DNA from: Desulfobulbus propionicus DSM 2032
Lineage (GTDB): Bacteria; Desulfobacterota; Desulfobulbia; Desulfobulbales; Desulfobulbaceae
Reading direction: 5' to 3'
Assembly (NCBI RefSeq): GCF_000186885.1
Contig: NC_014972.1
Location: 2,760,001-2,792,000 of the forward strand
DNA: 32,000 nucleotides
Positions 10,349 through 20,073 of this stretch are shown here, in pieces; positions within the stretch are counted from its first letter, which is position 1, and every line of letters begins with the position of its first letter. A program made the position numbers and the translations under genes. The notes beneath the pieces are model-generated. The model had not been told where the DNA came from and made no database searches. It was given only the letters and a program-made list of their open reading frames with translations.

Positions 10349-11260
10349 ATGACAGATCTGGTCGAACGATTCGTCCGCTGGCTGCTGGTGGAAAAAGGCT
10401 ACTCGCCCCACACCGCCGACGGGTATCAGCGAGATCTCCTCGAATTTCAGCGGTTTTGTGGCGGTGTGCTCTCGCCCGAATCAATCACCTCCTCCCTGGT
10501 GCAAGCCTTTGTCGGCTCGCTCTACGCCAGCAACGCCAGTGCCTCGGTAGCGCGGAAATTGTCGGCGCTACGGACCTTTTTCCGCTTCCTCCTTCGCGAG
10601 AAGGTGATCGAATCCGATCCCGTGGCCGGCATCGTCGGCCCGAAACTCGGCCATGCCCTGCCCGCCTTCCTCACCGTGGACGAGGTATTCAGCCTGCTGG
10701 AAACGCCGGCGACCTCGGACCGTTACTGGCGCCGCGACCGAGCGGTGATGGAGGTGCTTTACGCCACTGGCATGCGGGTTGCCGAGTTGGTGGGCTGCAA
10801 CCGCGAGGATGTCGACCTGGCGGCCGAGATGGTCCGGGTGCGAGGCAAGGGCCGCAAGGAGCGGCTGGTCCCCTTCGGTCGGGCTGCCCATGAAGCCCTG
10901 GAACAGTACCTGCCCGAACGCGAAGCGCTGTGCATCGCCCGTGTGCAGCGGGGACGGAAACCCGAGCAACGCGCCCTTTTCCTCAATGGTCGGGGTACCC
11001 GGCTGTCGGCCCGTAGCGTCGAGCGCTCCATCCAGACCTACGCTCTCCGGGCCGGCATCGGTGTCACGGTCACCCCCCATGCCCTGCGCCATTCCTTTGC
11101 CACCCACCTGCTGGAAATGGGCGCCGACCTGCGCACCGTTCAGGAGCTGCTCGGCCACGTCAGCTTGTCGACCACCCAGAAATACACTCACATCAACATC
11201 GATCACTTGTCCAAGGTCTACGACCAAGCCCATCCCCAGGCCCAAAAAAAACAGCCATGA
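10349..11260 (+). CDS. xerC: Tyrosine recombinase XerC
   Basis: Phage-integrase-type catalytic residues (YATGMRVAELVGCNREDVD, TPHALRHSFATHLLEMGADLRTVQELLGHVSLSTTQKYTHI). Immediately upstream of hslVU, as in the codV/xerC-clpQY arrangement. Confidence 0.9.
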   Translation: MTDLVERFVRWLLVEKGYSPHTADGYQRDLLEFQRFCGGVLSPESITSSLVQAFVGSLYASNASASVARKLSALRTFFRFLLREKVIESDPVAGIVGPKLGHALPAFLTVDEVFSLLETPATSDRYWRRDRAVMEVLYATGMRVAELVGCNREDVDLAAEMVRVRGKGRKERLVPFGRAAHEALEQYLPEREALCIARVQRGRKPEQRALFLNGRGTRLSARSVERSIQTYALRAGIGVTVTPHALRHSFATHLLEMGADLRTVQELLGHVSLSTTQKYTHINIDHLSKVYDQAHPQAQKKQP

Positions 11261-11365
11261 CCGCCAGGGCCAATGAAAACCGCCCCGGGGATTGACGGTC
11301 TGTCCCATCATGGTTACACATCAACCCCAACTTCGTCTTGTTTGAACCCTTATCCCATCACAGCT

Positions 11366-11905
11366 ATGCAGACACCGAAAATCCGCTCCACCACCATTCT
11401 TGCCGTGCGCCACCAGGGCCGGGTCGTTGTTGCCGGCGACGGTCAGGTGACCCTGGGGACCACCGTGATCAAACATCAGGCGCGCAAGGTCCGGCGCCTC
11501 TACCACGACCAGGTGATCACCGGTTTTGCCGGCTCCACCGCCGATGCGTTTACCCTGTACGACCGGCTGGAGCAGAAGCTGGAGCAGTACAACGGCAACC
11601 TGATGCGGGCTGCGGTCGAGTTGGCCAAGGACTGGCGCATGGATAAAATGCTGCGCCGTCTGGAGGCCATGCTGATCGCCGTGGATGCCAAGCACTCCCT
11701 TCTGCTTTCCGGCACCGGTGACGTCATCGAAGCTGACGACGGCATTCTCGCCATTGGTTCCGGCGGCCCCTATGCCCAAGCTGCGGCCAAGGCTCTGGTG
11801 GCCCATTCGTCGCTTGACGCCGAAGCCATTGCCCGCACCGCCCTAGAAATCGCCGGCTCGATCTGCGTCTACACCAACACCAATATCGTTGTCGAAAGTA
11901 TATGA
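11366..11905 (+). CDS. hslV: ATP-dependent protease subunit HslV (ClpQ)
   Basis: [55 protein letters not shown]...[32 protein letters not shown]. Start reassigned from 11273 to ATG 11366. Confidence 0.95.
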   Translation: MQTPKIRSTTILAVRHQGRVVVAGDGQVTLGTTVIKHQARKVRRLYHDQVITGFAGSTADAFTLYDRLEQKLEQYNGNLMRAAVELAKDWRMDKMLRRLEAMLIAVDAKHSLLLSGTGDVIEADDGILAIGSGGPYAQAAAKALVAHSSLDAEAIARTALEIAGSICVYTNTNIVVESI

Positions 11906-13311
11906 AAGGCATCAATTCGCTCACCCCCAAGGAAACCGTCGCCGAACTCGACCGCTACATCATCGGCCAGCCGGAGGCCAAGCGTTCGGTGGCCATCGCC
12001 CTGCGCAACCGCTGGCGGCGGCAGCAGGTTCAGCCGCCACTGCGCGAGGAGATTGCGCCCAAGAACATCATCATGATCGGTCCGACCGGCGTGGGCAAGA
12101 CCGAGATTGCCCGGCGGCTGGCGCACCTGGCCCAGAGCCCCTTCCTCAAGGTCGAGGCCTCCAAGTTCACCGAGGTCGGCTATGTCGGCCGCGACGTCGA
12201 GTCCATGATCCGCGATCTCACCCAGTTGGCAGTCAACATGGTGACCAAGGAGGAGGAAGCTGGAGTCCAGGAAAAGGCGGCTGCCCTCGCGGAGGAACGG
12301 CTTTTGGATTTGCTGCTGCCCCGCACTCCGGGCCATGGGGCGGGCTCATCAACCCCGACAGCTTCCAATGTGATCTCGCTGGGCTACGATGGCGCCGAAG
12401 GCCGGCAGGAGGAACTGCGCGGTCAGACCACCCGGGAGCGGTTTCGGGAAATGCTGCGCCGGGGCGAGTTGGACGACCGGGTGGTCGAGCTGTCGGTGTC
12501 GGCCGGCGGCGGCACTCCGGTGGTGGAGGTCTTTTCCGCTTCCGGCATGGAGGAAATGCAGAACTCGCTTCAGGAGGCTTTTTCCAAGTTCTTTCCCAAG
12601 AAGAAACAGGCCAAGAAAATGAAGGTGCCCCAAGCCCTGGAATTTCTCAAGCGGGAAGAAGCCGAGCGGCTGGTGGACACCGAGAGCGTCACCGAAAAGG
12701 CCATCCGCCGCACCGAGCAATCGGGTATCATCTTCCTCGACGAGATCGACAAGATCGCCTCGCGCGGCGGCACCGGTTCCGGCTCGCCCGATGTCTCCCG
12801 CGAGGGGGTGCAGCGCGACCTGCTGCCCATTGTCGAAGGCACCACCGTCACCACCAAGTATGGGCCGGTCAAGACCGACCACATCCTGTTCATCGCCAGC
12901 GGCGCCTTCCACCTGTGCAAGCCCTCGGACTTGGCCCCCGAACTCCAGGGCCGTTTTCCCATCCGGGTCAATCTCCATGCCCTTGGCGAGGAGGAATTTT
13001 TCCGCATCCTCACCGAACCGAGAAACGCGTTGATCAAACAATACACAGCTCTCCTGGCCACCGAGGATATCCGCCTGGAATTCGAGGAGGAGGCCATCCG
13101 GGAGATGGCAAGGATCGCGGTCCAGGTCAATCAAAAGACCGAGGACATTGGTGCCCGCCGGTTGCACACGGTCATCGAACGGGTACTCGACGAACTTTCC
13201 TTTGATGCCCCGGACCGAGACGACCTCGCCTTCACCGTCACCGCCGACTATGTGCGCCGGCAACTGACCGACATCTCGGAGAACGAGGATCTCAGCCGCT
13301 ATATTCTCTGA
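11902..13311 (+). CDS. hslU: ATP-dependent protease ATPase subunit HslU (ClpY)
   Basis: [40 protein letters not shown], Walker [10 protein letters not shown], Walker [17 protein letters not shown] overlap with hslV. Confidence 0.97.
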   Translation: MKGINSLTPKETVAELDRYIIGQPEAKRSVAIALRNRWRRQQVQPPLREEIAPKNIIMIGPTGVGKTEIARRLAHLAQSPFLKVEASKFTEVGYVGRDVESMIRDLTQLAVNMVTKEEEAGVQEKAAALAEERLLDLLLPRTPGHGAGSSTPTASNVISLGYDGAEGRQEELRGQTTRERFREMLRRGELDDRVVELSVSAGGGTPVVEVFSASGMEEMQNSLQEAFSKFFPKKKQAKKMKVPQALEFLKREEAERLVDTESVTEKAIRRTEQSGIIFLDEIDKIASRGGTGSGSPDVSREGVQRDLLPIVEGTTVTTKYGPVKTDHILFIASGAFHLCKPSDLAPELQGRFPIRVNLHALGEEEFFRILTEPRNALIKQYTALLATEDIRLEFEEEAIREMARIAVQVNQKTEDIGARRLHTVIERVLDELSFDAPDRDDLAFTVTADYVRRQLTDISENEDLSRYIL

Positions 13312-13327
13312 TCCGCAGGTGTGAACC

Positions 13328-13849
13328 ATGCAGCATTCCATTGATCCTGAGCTGAACTACTGTCCCCGCTGCCATGATGAGTATCGGCCGGACATTCAGA
13401 GATGTGCTGCCTGCGGGGTAGCCTTGCAGAACGGCGCGCTGGTGCTGGCACAAATGGAGGCTCAAAAACACAAGACCACACGGTCCCTGAAAATTGAGGC
13501 CGACGAACCGTTGCTCGCTGTCCGCAAAGGAACGGTGGCGCAGATCAAGGAACTACAAACCCGCCTCATGCAGCGGGGGCTTCCCTCCCTGGCGATCAAG
13601 GAGGGCGCAGGCGGCTGCGGTTGCCGCGGGACCGAGCTGGTGCTCCAAGTACGGGAGAGCGATCTGCCGGAGGTCATGGCGGTCCTTGAGGAGGAGTACC
13701 GCCAAAGCACGGGACTTGACGACCACGATACCCGCTTTGCCGGAGCAGTCTACGACACCCAGGCTGCCGAGGCGGTCTGCCCGGCCTGCGGGCACCGCTT
13801 TTCAACCACGGCGACCGTCTGTCCCGGTTGCGGTCTCTGTTTTGTCTGA
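13328..13849 (+). CDS. Double zinc-ribbon protein with central DUF2007-like region
   Basis: CPRCHDEYRPDIQRCAACG at the N-terminus and CPACGHRFSTTATVCPGCG at the C-terminus flank an 'LLAVRKGTVAQIKELQTRLMQRGLPSLAI' segment. Confidence 0.7.
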   Translation: MQHSIDPELNYCPRCHDEYRPDIQRCAACGVALQNGALVLAQMEAQKHKTTRSLKIEADEPLLAVRKGTVAQIKELQTRLMQRGLPSLAIKEGAGGCGCRGTELVLQVRESDLPEVMAVLEEEYRQSTGLDDHDTRFAGAVYDTQAAEAVCPACGHRFSTTATVCPGCGLCFV

Positions 13850-14027
13850 AGCAGGGAGGCCCCTCTTTCTTCGAGTGCATGCCACTGTCTCTTCCCCAAA
13901 CAGCCTGGCCGCTTGACGGTGGCCGCGCCTCTGTTTTACAATATAAAAATAATATTGAACCGGGTTTGTGCACAATACGGTTCCTGGGCACACTCACTTC
14001 TATCGCACGTATCGGAACAACAGCCCC

Positions 14028-14834
14028 ATGGGTAGAGCTTCAGCTGTCATCACCCTGACCACGGATTTTGGCCTGCTCGACCCGTATGCCGGCCAACTCA
14101 AGGGCGCGCTGCTCACCGGCTGCCCCGACGCCACCATTATCGACATCACCCATGCCATTCCCGCCTGGGATGTGGTCACCGCCGCCGTGACCATCCGGAC
14201 AAGTTACGCCTTTTTCCCCCGCAGTACAGTCCATCTGATCGTGGTCGATCCGGGGGTGGGCAGCCAGCGCGCAATCCTCGCCGCTACAGGAGGCGGCCAT
14301 TTCTTCGTAGCCCCGGACAACGGGATCCTCTCGCTGCTGGTGCTCGATCACAAGATCGAAACCATCCATCGAGTGGAGCATCCCGATTTCTTTGCCGCTG
14401 GCGTCAGCCCGACCTTCCATGGCCGTGACATCATGGCCCCGGTGGCAGCGGCCCTCGCCCAAGGAACCCGCCTGGATCATGTTGGCCCGCCGCTGGCCCC
14501 TGCGGACATCAAGATGGCGATCGTGCCGGCAACCGTTGCGGCGGCCGGCTGCCTCCAGGGGCAGGTGTTACGCATCGACCATTTCGGCAATGTACGCACT
14601 TCCATCCGGGCTGGCGGCGGCCGATTCGATCCCACGTGCTTCGGTTTTCTCGAGATCGGCGATCAGCAGATTGCCCAGCTGGTCAGAACCTACAACGAAG
14701 CACAGAGCGGAACCCTGTTCGTCCTTATCGACAGTTCCGGCTATCTCGAGATCGCCGCCAACCAGGCGAGCGCCGCCCAAATGATAGGTTGCTCGGTTGG
14801 CGATCCGATCACCGTCCATCTCGTTCAAAAATAA
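14028..14834 (+). CDS. SAM hydrolase / SAM hydroxide adenosyltransferase family (DUF62)
   Basis: ITLTTDFGLLDPYAGQLKGALL, VDPGVGSQRAIL, PDNGILS, HGRDIMAPVAAALA, RIDHFGNVRTS motifs. Start chosen at ATG 14028. Confidence 0.88.
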   Translation: MGRASAVITLTTDFGLLDPYAGQLKGALLTGCPDATIIDITHAIPAWDVVTAAVTIRTSYAFFPRSTVHLIVVDPGVGSQRAILAATGGGHFFVAPDNGILSLLVLDHKIETIHRVEHPDFFAAGVSPTFHGRDIMAPVAAALAQGTRLDHVGPPLAPADIKMAIVPATVAAAGCLQGQVLRIDHFGNVRTSIRAGGGRFDPTCFGFLEIGDQQIAQLVRTYNEAQSGTLFVLIDSSGYLEIAANQASAAQMIGCSVGDPITVHLVQK

Positions 14835-14953
14835 GCCTGGATGCCCCCTATCGCATGCCAACCAGCTGGAATCCACCCTTTTTCGGCTCTCCTGTATATC
14901 GTGGTCATTTTTTCCCTTGATTCGCGGACAGCGAATCGGCGACGCGACTGATC

Positions 14954-14989
14954 AAAAAAAAACGGCTCATCTTTCTTGATGAGCCGTTT
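14954..14989 (-). terminator. Rho-independent terminator of the downstream-located minus-strand ABM gene
   Basis: aaacggctcatc (14960-14971) / gatgagccgttt (14978-14989) perfect 12-bp stem. The plus-strand A-run at 14954-14962 is a U-run on the minus transcript. Confidence 0.8.
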
Positions 14990-15044
14990 CTTCACGCTTA
15001 CCCAATCCGGTTCAATGAAAACCGGAAGTTGACGCGGGTATCTG

Positions 15045-15332
15045 TCAGGCGTTTTCGAATATTTCGTATCGGGTTGGTTCTCCGAGCAGTTTATCGATCT
15101 GTTCTTGCAGATCAATCCGCTCCTTGCTTAACGTCCATTGCCGCCAGTCATCAAGCGACTGCCAGGTGCTGATAACCATGCTCACGCCCGGTTCATCAAC
15201 CCGGGTAAACGATTCTCCCGAAATATAGCCCGGCTGGTTGAGTGTTAACGCACGCATTTTGCGGAGCAATTTATCCAGCTCCGGAACCTTGTTTTCCGCC
15301 ACCTTCCTCTTGATCAAAACCTTGACAGCCAT
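15045..15332 (-). CDS. Antibiotic biosynthesis monooxygenase (ABM)-domain protein
   Basis: MAVKVLIKRKVAENKVPELDKLLRKMRALTLNQPGYISGESFTRVDEPGVSMVISTWQSLDDWRQW; 95 aa. Start reassigned from 15647 to ATG 15332, preceded by aggagg. Confidence 0.85.
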   Translation of the reverse strand: MAVKVLIKRKVAENKVPELDKLLRKMRALTLNQPGYISGESFTRVDEPGVSMVISTWQSLDDWRQWTLSKERIDLQEQIDKLLGEPTRYEIFENA

Positions 15333-15647
15333 GTGTTCCTCCTTGTGTTGTGATGTAAGTTGATAGGACGTACATGAACAACCGGACAGCGAACAACGTG
15401 TTACAGAATTATTATATGCATCCGTTACGCAGGAAGCAATTAAATGTGCTGATGGATTGGAAAAATGATGATGTCTCACACTGCGCCCAAATAAAATCGA
15501 CCAAGCCCGCCTTGGACGAAGACGCCATCCAAGCTCTCTCCCTCGAACGGGTCGAACATAACGAAGTTCCCCTGGGTGCCGTGACGGTATCCGGAAACCG
15601 GCTGATCCAAGGGGACCAACCGGTTCTGCGGCGTGTCGTGTGCGCAA

Positions 15648-16286
15648 TCAGCTCTGGCGAATGGGATTGATGACGATATTCACCCGGCGATTCATGGCAT
15701 CGCTGGAGGAAATCGGTTGCGACTCGCCATACCCGACCGCTTCGATTCGACTAGGATTGACTCCCTGCTGGGCCAACGCGTTTTTCACTGCCATAGCCCG
15801 CCGTTCCGACAGTTGCTGATTGTACTGATCCGACCCGCGTGCATCAGTATGCCCCTCAACACGAATGGTGGTTTGCGGATAGTTATTCAGAACATTGGTG
15901 ATCCGATTAAGTTCGTTATACGCACCGGGCTTAAGCTGTGAGGAATTGGTATCAAAGAACATATCGCTCTTGAACGTAGCGGTGAGCACATCCTGATCGC
16001 GCCTGATACTGGCCGCTTCGGACTGGGCCATGGCATCGCGCAGAGCCCGCTCCTGATTGTCCATGTAGGCTCCGATCTGGTTGCCGGCGAGACCGCCCAA
16101 GGCCGCGCCGATACCGGCGCCAACCAAGGTACTGGTGGTATTGTGGCCAATAGCCTGCCCCAGCAACGCCCCCACACCAGCCCCGACGCCAGCGCCCACG
16201 GCGGTTCCTGTCTGTTGATTGGTGGCGCAGGCGGTCAACATGGTGGCCAGCGCAATACCGGTGGAAATCCTCATCAAGCGATTCAT
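15648..16286 (-). CDS. Glycine-zipper OmpA-family outer-membrane lipoprotein
   Basis: Lipobox LATMLTACATN, glycine-zipper (GAGVGAGVGALLGQAIGH), OmpA C-terminus (VEGHTDARGSDQYNQQLSERRAMAVKNAL). ATG at 16286 has AGGAG 5 nt upstream. Confidence 0.9.
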   Translation of the reverse strand: MNRLMRISTGIALATMLTACATNQQTGTAVGAGVGAGVGALLGQAIGHNTTSTLVGAGIGAALGGLAGNQIGAYMDNQERALRDAMAQSEAASIRRDQDVLTATFKSDMFFDTNSSQLKPGAYNELNRITNVLNNYPQTTIRVEGHTDARGSDQYNQQLSERRAMAVKNALAQQGVNPSRIEAVGYGESQPISSSDAMNRRVNIVINPIRQS

Positions 16287-16489
16287 AGTCACTCCTTATA
16301 GTTGGTTTGTGTTGAGTTAGCCTTTGGACAAGCAATCATGTCTTGCAATAAGATTCTTCGAATAGCGAATCAACCCATTACCATTAATTTATATCACTTT
16401 ACAGGGGATTCAGAAGTAAAAAGCCACCCCTTGAACGAATTCGTCGGGCAACAATGCATTCAACGAATATCCGCTTTGGAGCGACACGA

Positions 16490-16806
16490 CTAGCAGGCTG
16501 TTGAAAAAGGGACGTAGTCGGGACAAAGTCTCATGGTTTCCGTCTTGCTTGCTTCGTTTGAACCTTCGCCACCGAATAAAGGCAGTTTCAGCCAGCATTA
16601 ACTTTCTCGCTCTTGATGCAAAATCCTGCCAATTTCACCCCAAAACCGAAAAGTTTCTTGTTTTAGAAATTTGTCCGCAAAATTTTTTCCAGACGTCCAC
16701 AAATGCCCATAGCGTTTGGAAAAAGTGCCATAAAAGTATCACCATTCCACGCTATTCAAAGTTTCTGGGTTTATGTGCCCCCCTATACCCCCTATACCCC
16801 CTGTAA
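16490..16806. other. AT-rich intergenic segment, possible relic or nonautonomous dispersed element
   Basis: Begins near 'caggctgttgaaaaaggg', a sequence reminiscent of transposon ends, in an approximately 640-bp spacer without a credible gene. The ORF at 16501..16806 shows no recognisable domain. Confidence 0.3.
16779..16805. repeat. Three tandem 9-bp units (CCCCCTATA x2, CCCCCTGTA)
   Basis: cccccTATA cccccTATA cccccTGTA read directly. Confidence 0.85.
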
Positions 16807-16932
16807 GCTGTCACGCAAACGCAGAATTTTTTTGAAGTAAAGCTAGAAACTTTGATCAAGTAAGCTCATAGGCGATTATGAACCCCTTTCGCCTGGAACA
16901 AGGCGATCAAACTATTCTTAGATAGTCGGCGC

Positions 16933-19900
16933 TCACTTGCGGTTAGCTTTCGTTTGGTCGAGTAATTTCCTCAAGAGGGAGGCGATCTCCTTCTTAACCA
17001 AGGGCTTCATGGCAAACCCCTTAATACCCAGCAATTTTGCCTTTTCTTCTGAAATTAAATTACTGTAGCCTGTACAAAGGATGATAGGAATATTTGGTCT
17101 TATTTGTAGTATTTTAAGAGCTAGATCACTTCCTGTTAATCCTGGCATCGTTTGATCCGTAATTACGGCATCAAAGGATTCAGGGTGATTCTGAAACGTT
17201 ACCAGCGCGTCTAGGCTGTTGGTCCGACCTGTTACTTTGTATCCCTGCTGCTCCAGCATAAGTACACCCAACTCAACAAGGATCTCCTCATCATCGACAA
17301 AGAGAATCCGCTCAACACCGGAAGGATCAAGCTCAACAGCCATCGGGCGTTGGGATTCCATGCGCTCGACGGCGGGGAAATAAACACGGAAAACAGTTCC
17401 TTTCCCTCGTTCGCTGTCACAGATAATGAATCCTTCATGGCTGGTGACAATTCCATGGACAATGGACAAACCCATTCCAGTCCCTTTGCCAACGGACTTA
17501 GTTGTGAAAAAAGGGTCAAAAATCTTGTCCCGTATTTCAGAGGAGATGCCATCTCCGGTATCACGTACGGCCAGTTCAACAAATTTTCCGGGCTGTATCT
17601 CTGAAAGATGCTGCACGTCGGATTCAACCAACTCTCTATTTTGCAATGTGATCTCTAGTACGCCACCTGTCTTTTCCATTGCGTGGAAAGCATTGGTACA
17701 TAAATTGACAAGGATTTGATGCACCTGTGTCGGATCGGCAATAATGGGCCATACAGAGGTTTCGAGATTTTGCCTGATCAAAATCGTAGACGGAAGCGAT
17801 GGCCGGAGCAGCTTGATGGCCTCTTTGACTATATAGATAGGAAACAAGGAGACACGTTTTGATTCAACCTGTCGACTGAACTCGAGAATCTGTTTGACCA
17901 AATCGCTGGCCCTGTTAGCCGCCTCATTAACCCGATCGAGGTATTTACTTGCCATCGGATCAAGGGAGATGATTTCTCGTGCCATCTCGGTATATCCAAG
18001 AATTGCTCCAAGAATATTGTTGAAATCATGGGCTATGCCGCCAGCTAGGGTGCCAATGGCTTCCATCTTTTGAGATTGGATTAACTGGGTCTGCAGCTTT
18101 CTTTTTTCTTCTTCTGCTTTTTTGTTTTCCGTGATATCTCTCGAAAAACTGGCCACTTGGACGACATCACCCTGATTATCGAGAATAGGGAAAAGGCGAA
18201 CCCTGTAATATTTGTCTTCTCTAGACTCATCGTATTGAACCAACCTTCGCTCATAAAGGATCTGGTCTATGGCTTTACGGCGCATCTCCGAAGATTCTCC
18301 GGGCAAAAAATCAAAAATATTTTGTCCCCTCATTCCATCGGCGCACAAAGAACGCCTCCGAGCTGCGTTTTCATTGAGGTCGAGGATGGTCCCGCACGGT
18401 CTGACCAAAATCACAGAATCGGAAGTGGCGTTGAAAAGTGCCTTGAACCAGGCAACGCTCTTTTTGAGTTTTTCCTCCGTAAACTTTTTATCGGTAATAT
18501 CTCGAATACTTTCGATGGCCCCAATAATCTTTCCTGATTGGTCATGTAGAGGTGAAGCTTTGGCATATACCCATGCCCCTTTCTTTCCATTGTACAGCGC
18601 CTTGCAAAACACTTCCGTTGTTAACGTTTCACCTTCCCGGACAATATTGGGATATAGCGAAGCGACGTCATCGTTATCTTCAAAGATAAGATCTATCAAC
18701 TGGGGACGAGCTTCACCATAAAACGGCACTGTGTAGGCATAATCGCCTTTTCCCAGCATGTCCGTTGCCGATAAGCCGGTCATTTTTTCGATCGCCTTAT
18801 TCCAGATGATGATTGTCCCATCTCGGTCGATGGCAAAGGTGGCATCCGGCAGAAAGTCAATTATATCGGTTAGTCGTTTTCGTTCTTCCTGTAAGGCTGC
18901 TTCAGCCTGTTTATTCAATAAAGCCTCACCGATATGCGAAGCGATATTTTCGAGAAGGGCAATCGAACTCCGCGAAAAACTCCCCTTCTGTTTGTTGCTG
19001 AAATGGATGAGCCCGACAATCTCTTCTTTGACCCGAATCGGTATCAAGGCAAAGGATGCGTATCCGTTGAAAACACATTGGTTACGTGGATGAAACCTGG
19101 GGTCAGTTTCAGGGGCGATGTCTAGGAGTACTAGAGAATCGTTCACCCAAAAGCTACCTCCTGACGTAAAATATGGTTTAACAGAATCAAATCGACCCGA
19201 AAGAACCAATCCACAGGCACAGGCTAACTGAGCCTTACCGTCTTTATTGCGGTAAATGGCACCATCTTTGGTATATTCAAGCAAAGAATTTTCATGCTGC
19301 AAAAAGTTGTCAGAAAAACCTCGTTGCGCATAAAAGGGAAAATCTTCCCCTTCTTTCAAGCGGATACCAACAGCATCAAATTTTGTCCCTTGCTTTAAAA
19401 CTTCAAGAATGCGATGGATGGACTCTGGCAGGGTTCCCAGACCGCTAAGAATCTGTAAAATTTTTCGGCTTAACTCCCTATAGGATTCTGCTTTTTTGTG
19501 ATCAGTAATATCGCGGAAAAAACAATGAGTTTGCCGAAAATTTCCTTCCGGATCTCGTCCTATCCTGCCATCACAAGAAACCGAAATCACAGAACCGTCT
19601 TGCCTTAGCATATCGAACTCAACGGATGTGACGACGCCGAGCTCTTTAAACAGTGGAAAATTTTCAGCGAAAAAGGGGCGCCAATCAGGATGGAGGAATT
19701 CAGCAAAGCTCTTGCCTATAACTTCTTTTCGCGACCATCCCAGCGTATCAAGCCAAGTCTGATTGACTTCGACCAAACACCCATCCTCATCAAGAGACTG
19801 GTAACCAAAAGGGGCGAGTTCAAATAACTGTTTCATGTTTTCTGAGGTTGTTCGCAGCTGTAATTCCCTTTCCTTCAATTCGGAAAATTCTTGCAAAGAA

Positions 19901-19938
19901 TCCAGTTCGGCGGGTTCCGGATTGGATTGATCATTCAT
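16933..19938 (-). CDS. Hybrid sensor histidine kinase: PAS - GAF - PAS - PAS - HisKA - HATPase - REC
   Basis: 1001 aa; H-box GGIAHDFNNILGAILGYTEMA, ATPase DTGDGISSEIRDKIFDPFFTTKSVGKGTGMGLSIVHGI, receiver ILFVDDEEILVELG...VITDQTMPGLTGSDLA...MKPL. PAS domains with ICFFRDITDHKK/ENKKAEEE-type ends. Confidence 0.93.
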   Translation of the reverse strand: MNDQSNPEPAELDSLQEFSELKERELQLRTTSENMKQLFELAPFGYQSLDEDGCLVEVNQTWLDTLGWSRKEVIGKSFAEFLHPDWRPFFAENFPLFKELGVVTSVEFDMLRQDGSVISVSCDGRIGRDPEGNFRQTHCFFRDITDHKKAESYRELSRKILQILSGLGTLPESIHRILEVLKQGTKFDAVGIRLKEGEDFPFYAQRGFSDNFLQHENSLLEYTKDGAIYRNKDGKAQLACACGLVLSGRFDSVKPYFTSGGSFWVNDSLVLLDIAPETDPRFHPRNQCVFNGYASFALIPIRVKEEIVGLIHFSNKQKGSFSRSSIALLENIASHIGEALLNKQAEAALQEERKRLTDIIDFLPDATFAIDRDGTIIIWNKAIEKMTGLSATDMLGKGDYAYTVPFYGEARPQLIDLIFEDNDDVASLYPNIVREGETLTTEVFCKALYNGKKGAWVYAKASPLHDQSGKIIGAIESIRDITDKKFTEEKLKKSVAWFKALFNATSDSVILVRPCGTILDLNENAARRRSLCADGMRGQNIFDFLPGESSEMRRKAIDQILYERRLVQYDESREDKYYRVRLFPILDNQGDVVQVASFSRDITENKKAEEEKRKLQTQLIQSQKMEAIGTLAGGIAHDFNNILGAILGYTEMAREIISLDPMASKYLDRVNEAANRASDLVKQILEFSRQVESKRVSLFPIYIVKEAIKLLRPSLPSTILIRQNLETSVWPIIADPTQVHQILVNLCTNAFHAMEKTGGVLEITLQNRELVESDVQHLSEIQPGKFVELAVRDTGDGISSEIRDKIFDPFFTTKSVGKGTGMGLSIVHGIVTSHEGFIICDSERGKGTVFRVYFPAVERMESQRPMAVELDPSGVERILFVDDEEILVELGVLMLEQQGYKVTGRTNSLDALVTFQNHPESFDAVITDQTMPGLTGSDLALKILQIRPNIPIILCTGYSNLISEEKAKLLGIKGFAMKPLVKKEIASLLRKLLDQTKANRK

Positions 19939-20073
19939 TGGAAACTCCGGTGCAAAACAAGCGAATATCTATGAACACCTTGCCATTATTACATTTTAGC
20001 CATGTCAAATATAGTGACAAAGCATACGACATTTGTCGAGCAATTCTTTCAGGGAAGAACCGTACCCTAAATA

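Noticed and set aside
14028-14834. SAM hydrolase-fold protein as an anti-restriction or halogenase enzyme
   Set aside because: The sequence fits the widespread chromosomal DUF62 SAM hydroxide adenosyltransferase family. It lies about 5 kb from the prophage with no supporting context.
14919-14937. gattcgc/gcgaatc hairpin as a terminator
   Set aside because: Only a 7-bp stem with no U-run. The adjacent 12-bp hairpin at 14960-14989 with a U-run is the credible terminator.
15374-15670. Plus-strand 98-aa ORF between the ABM and OmpA-lipoprotein genes
   Set aside because: Overlaps the 3' end of the OmpA-lipoprotein gene, with no domain or RBS support.
16779-16805. CRISPR-like repeats
   Set aside because: Units are 9 bp and directly tandem with no spacers, and no cas genes are present.
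16501-16806. 101-aa ORF as a real gene
   Set aside because: No RBS, no domain, and its C-terminus is encoded by the CCCCCTATA repeat. Better treated as noncoding or relic.
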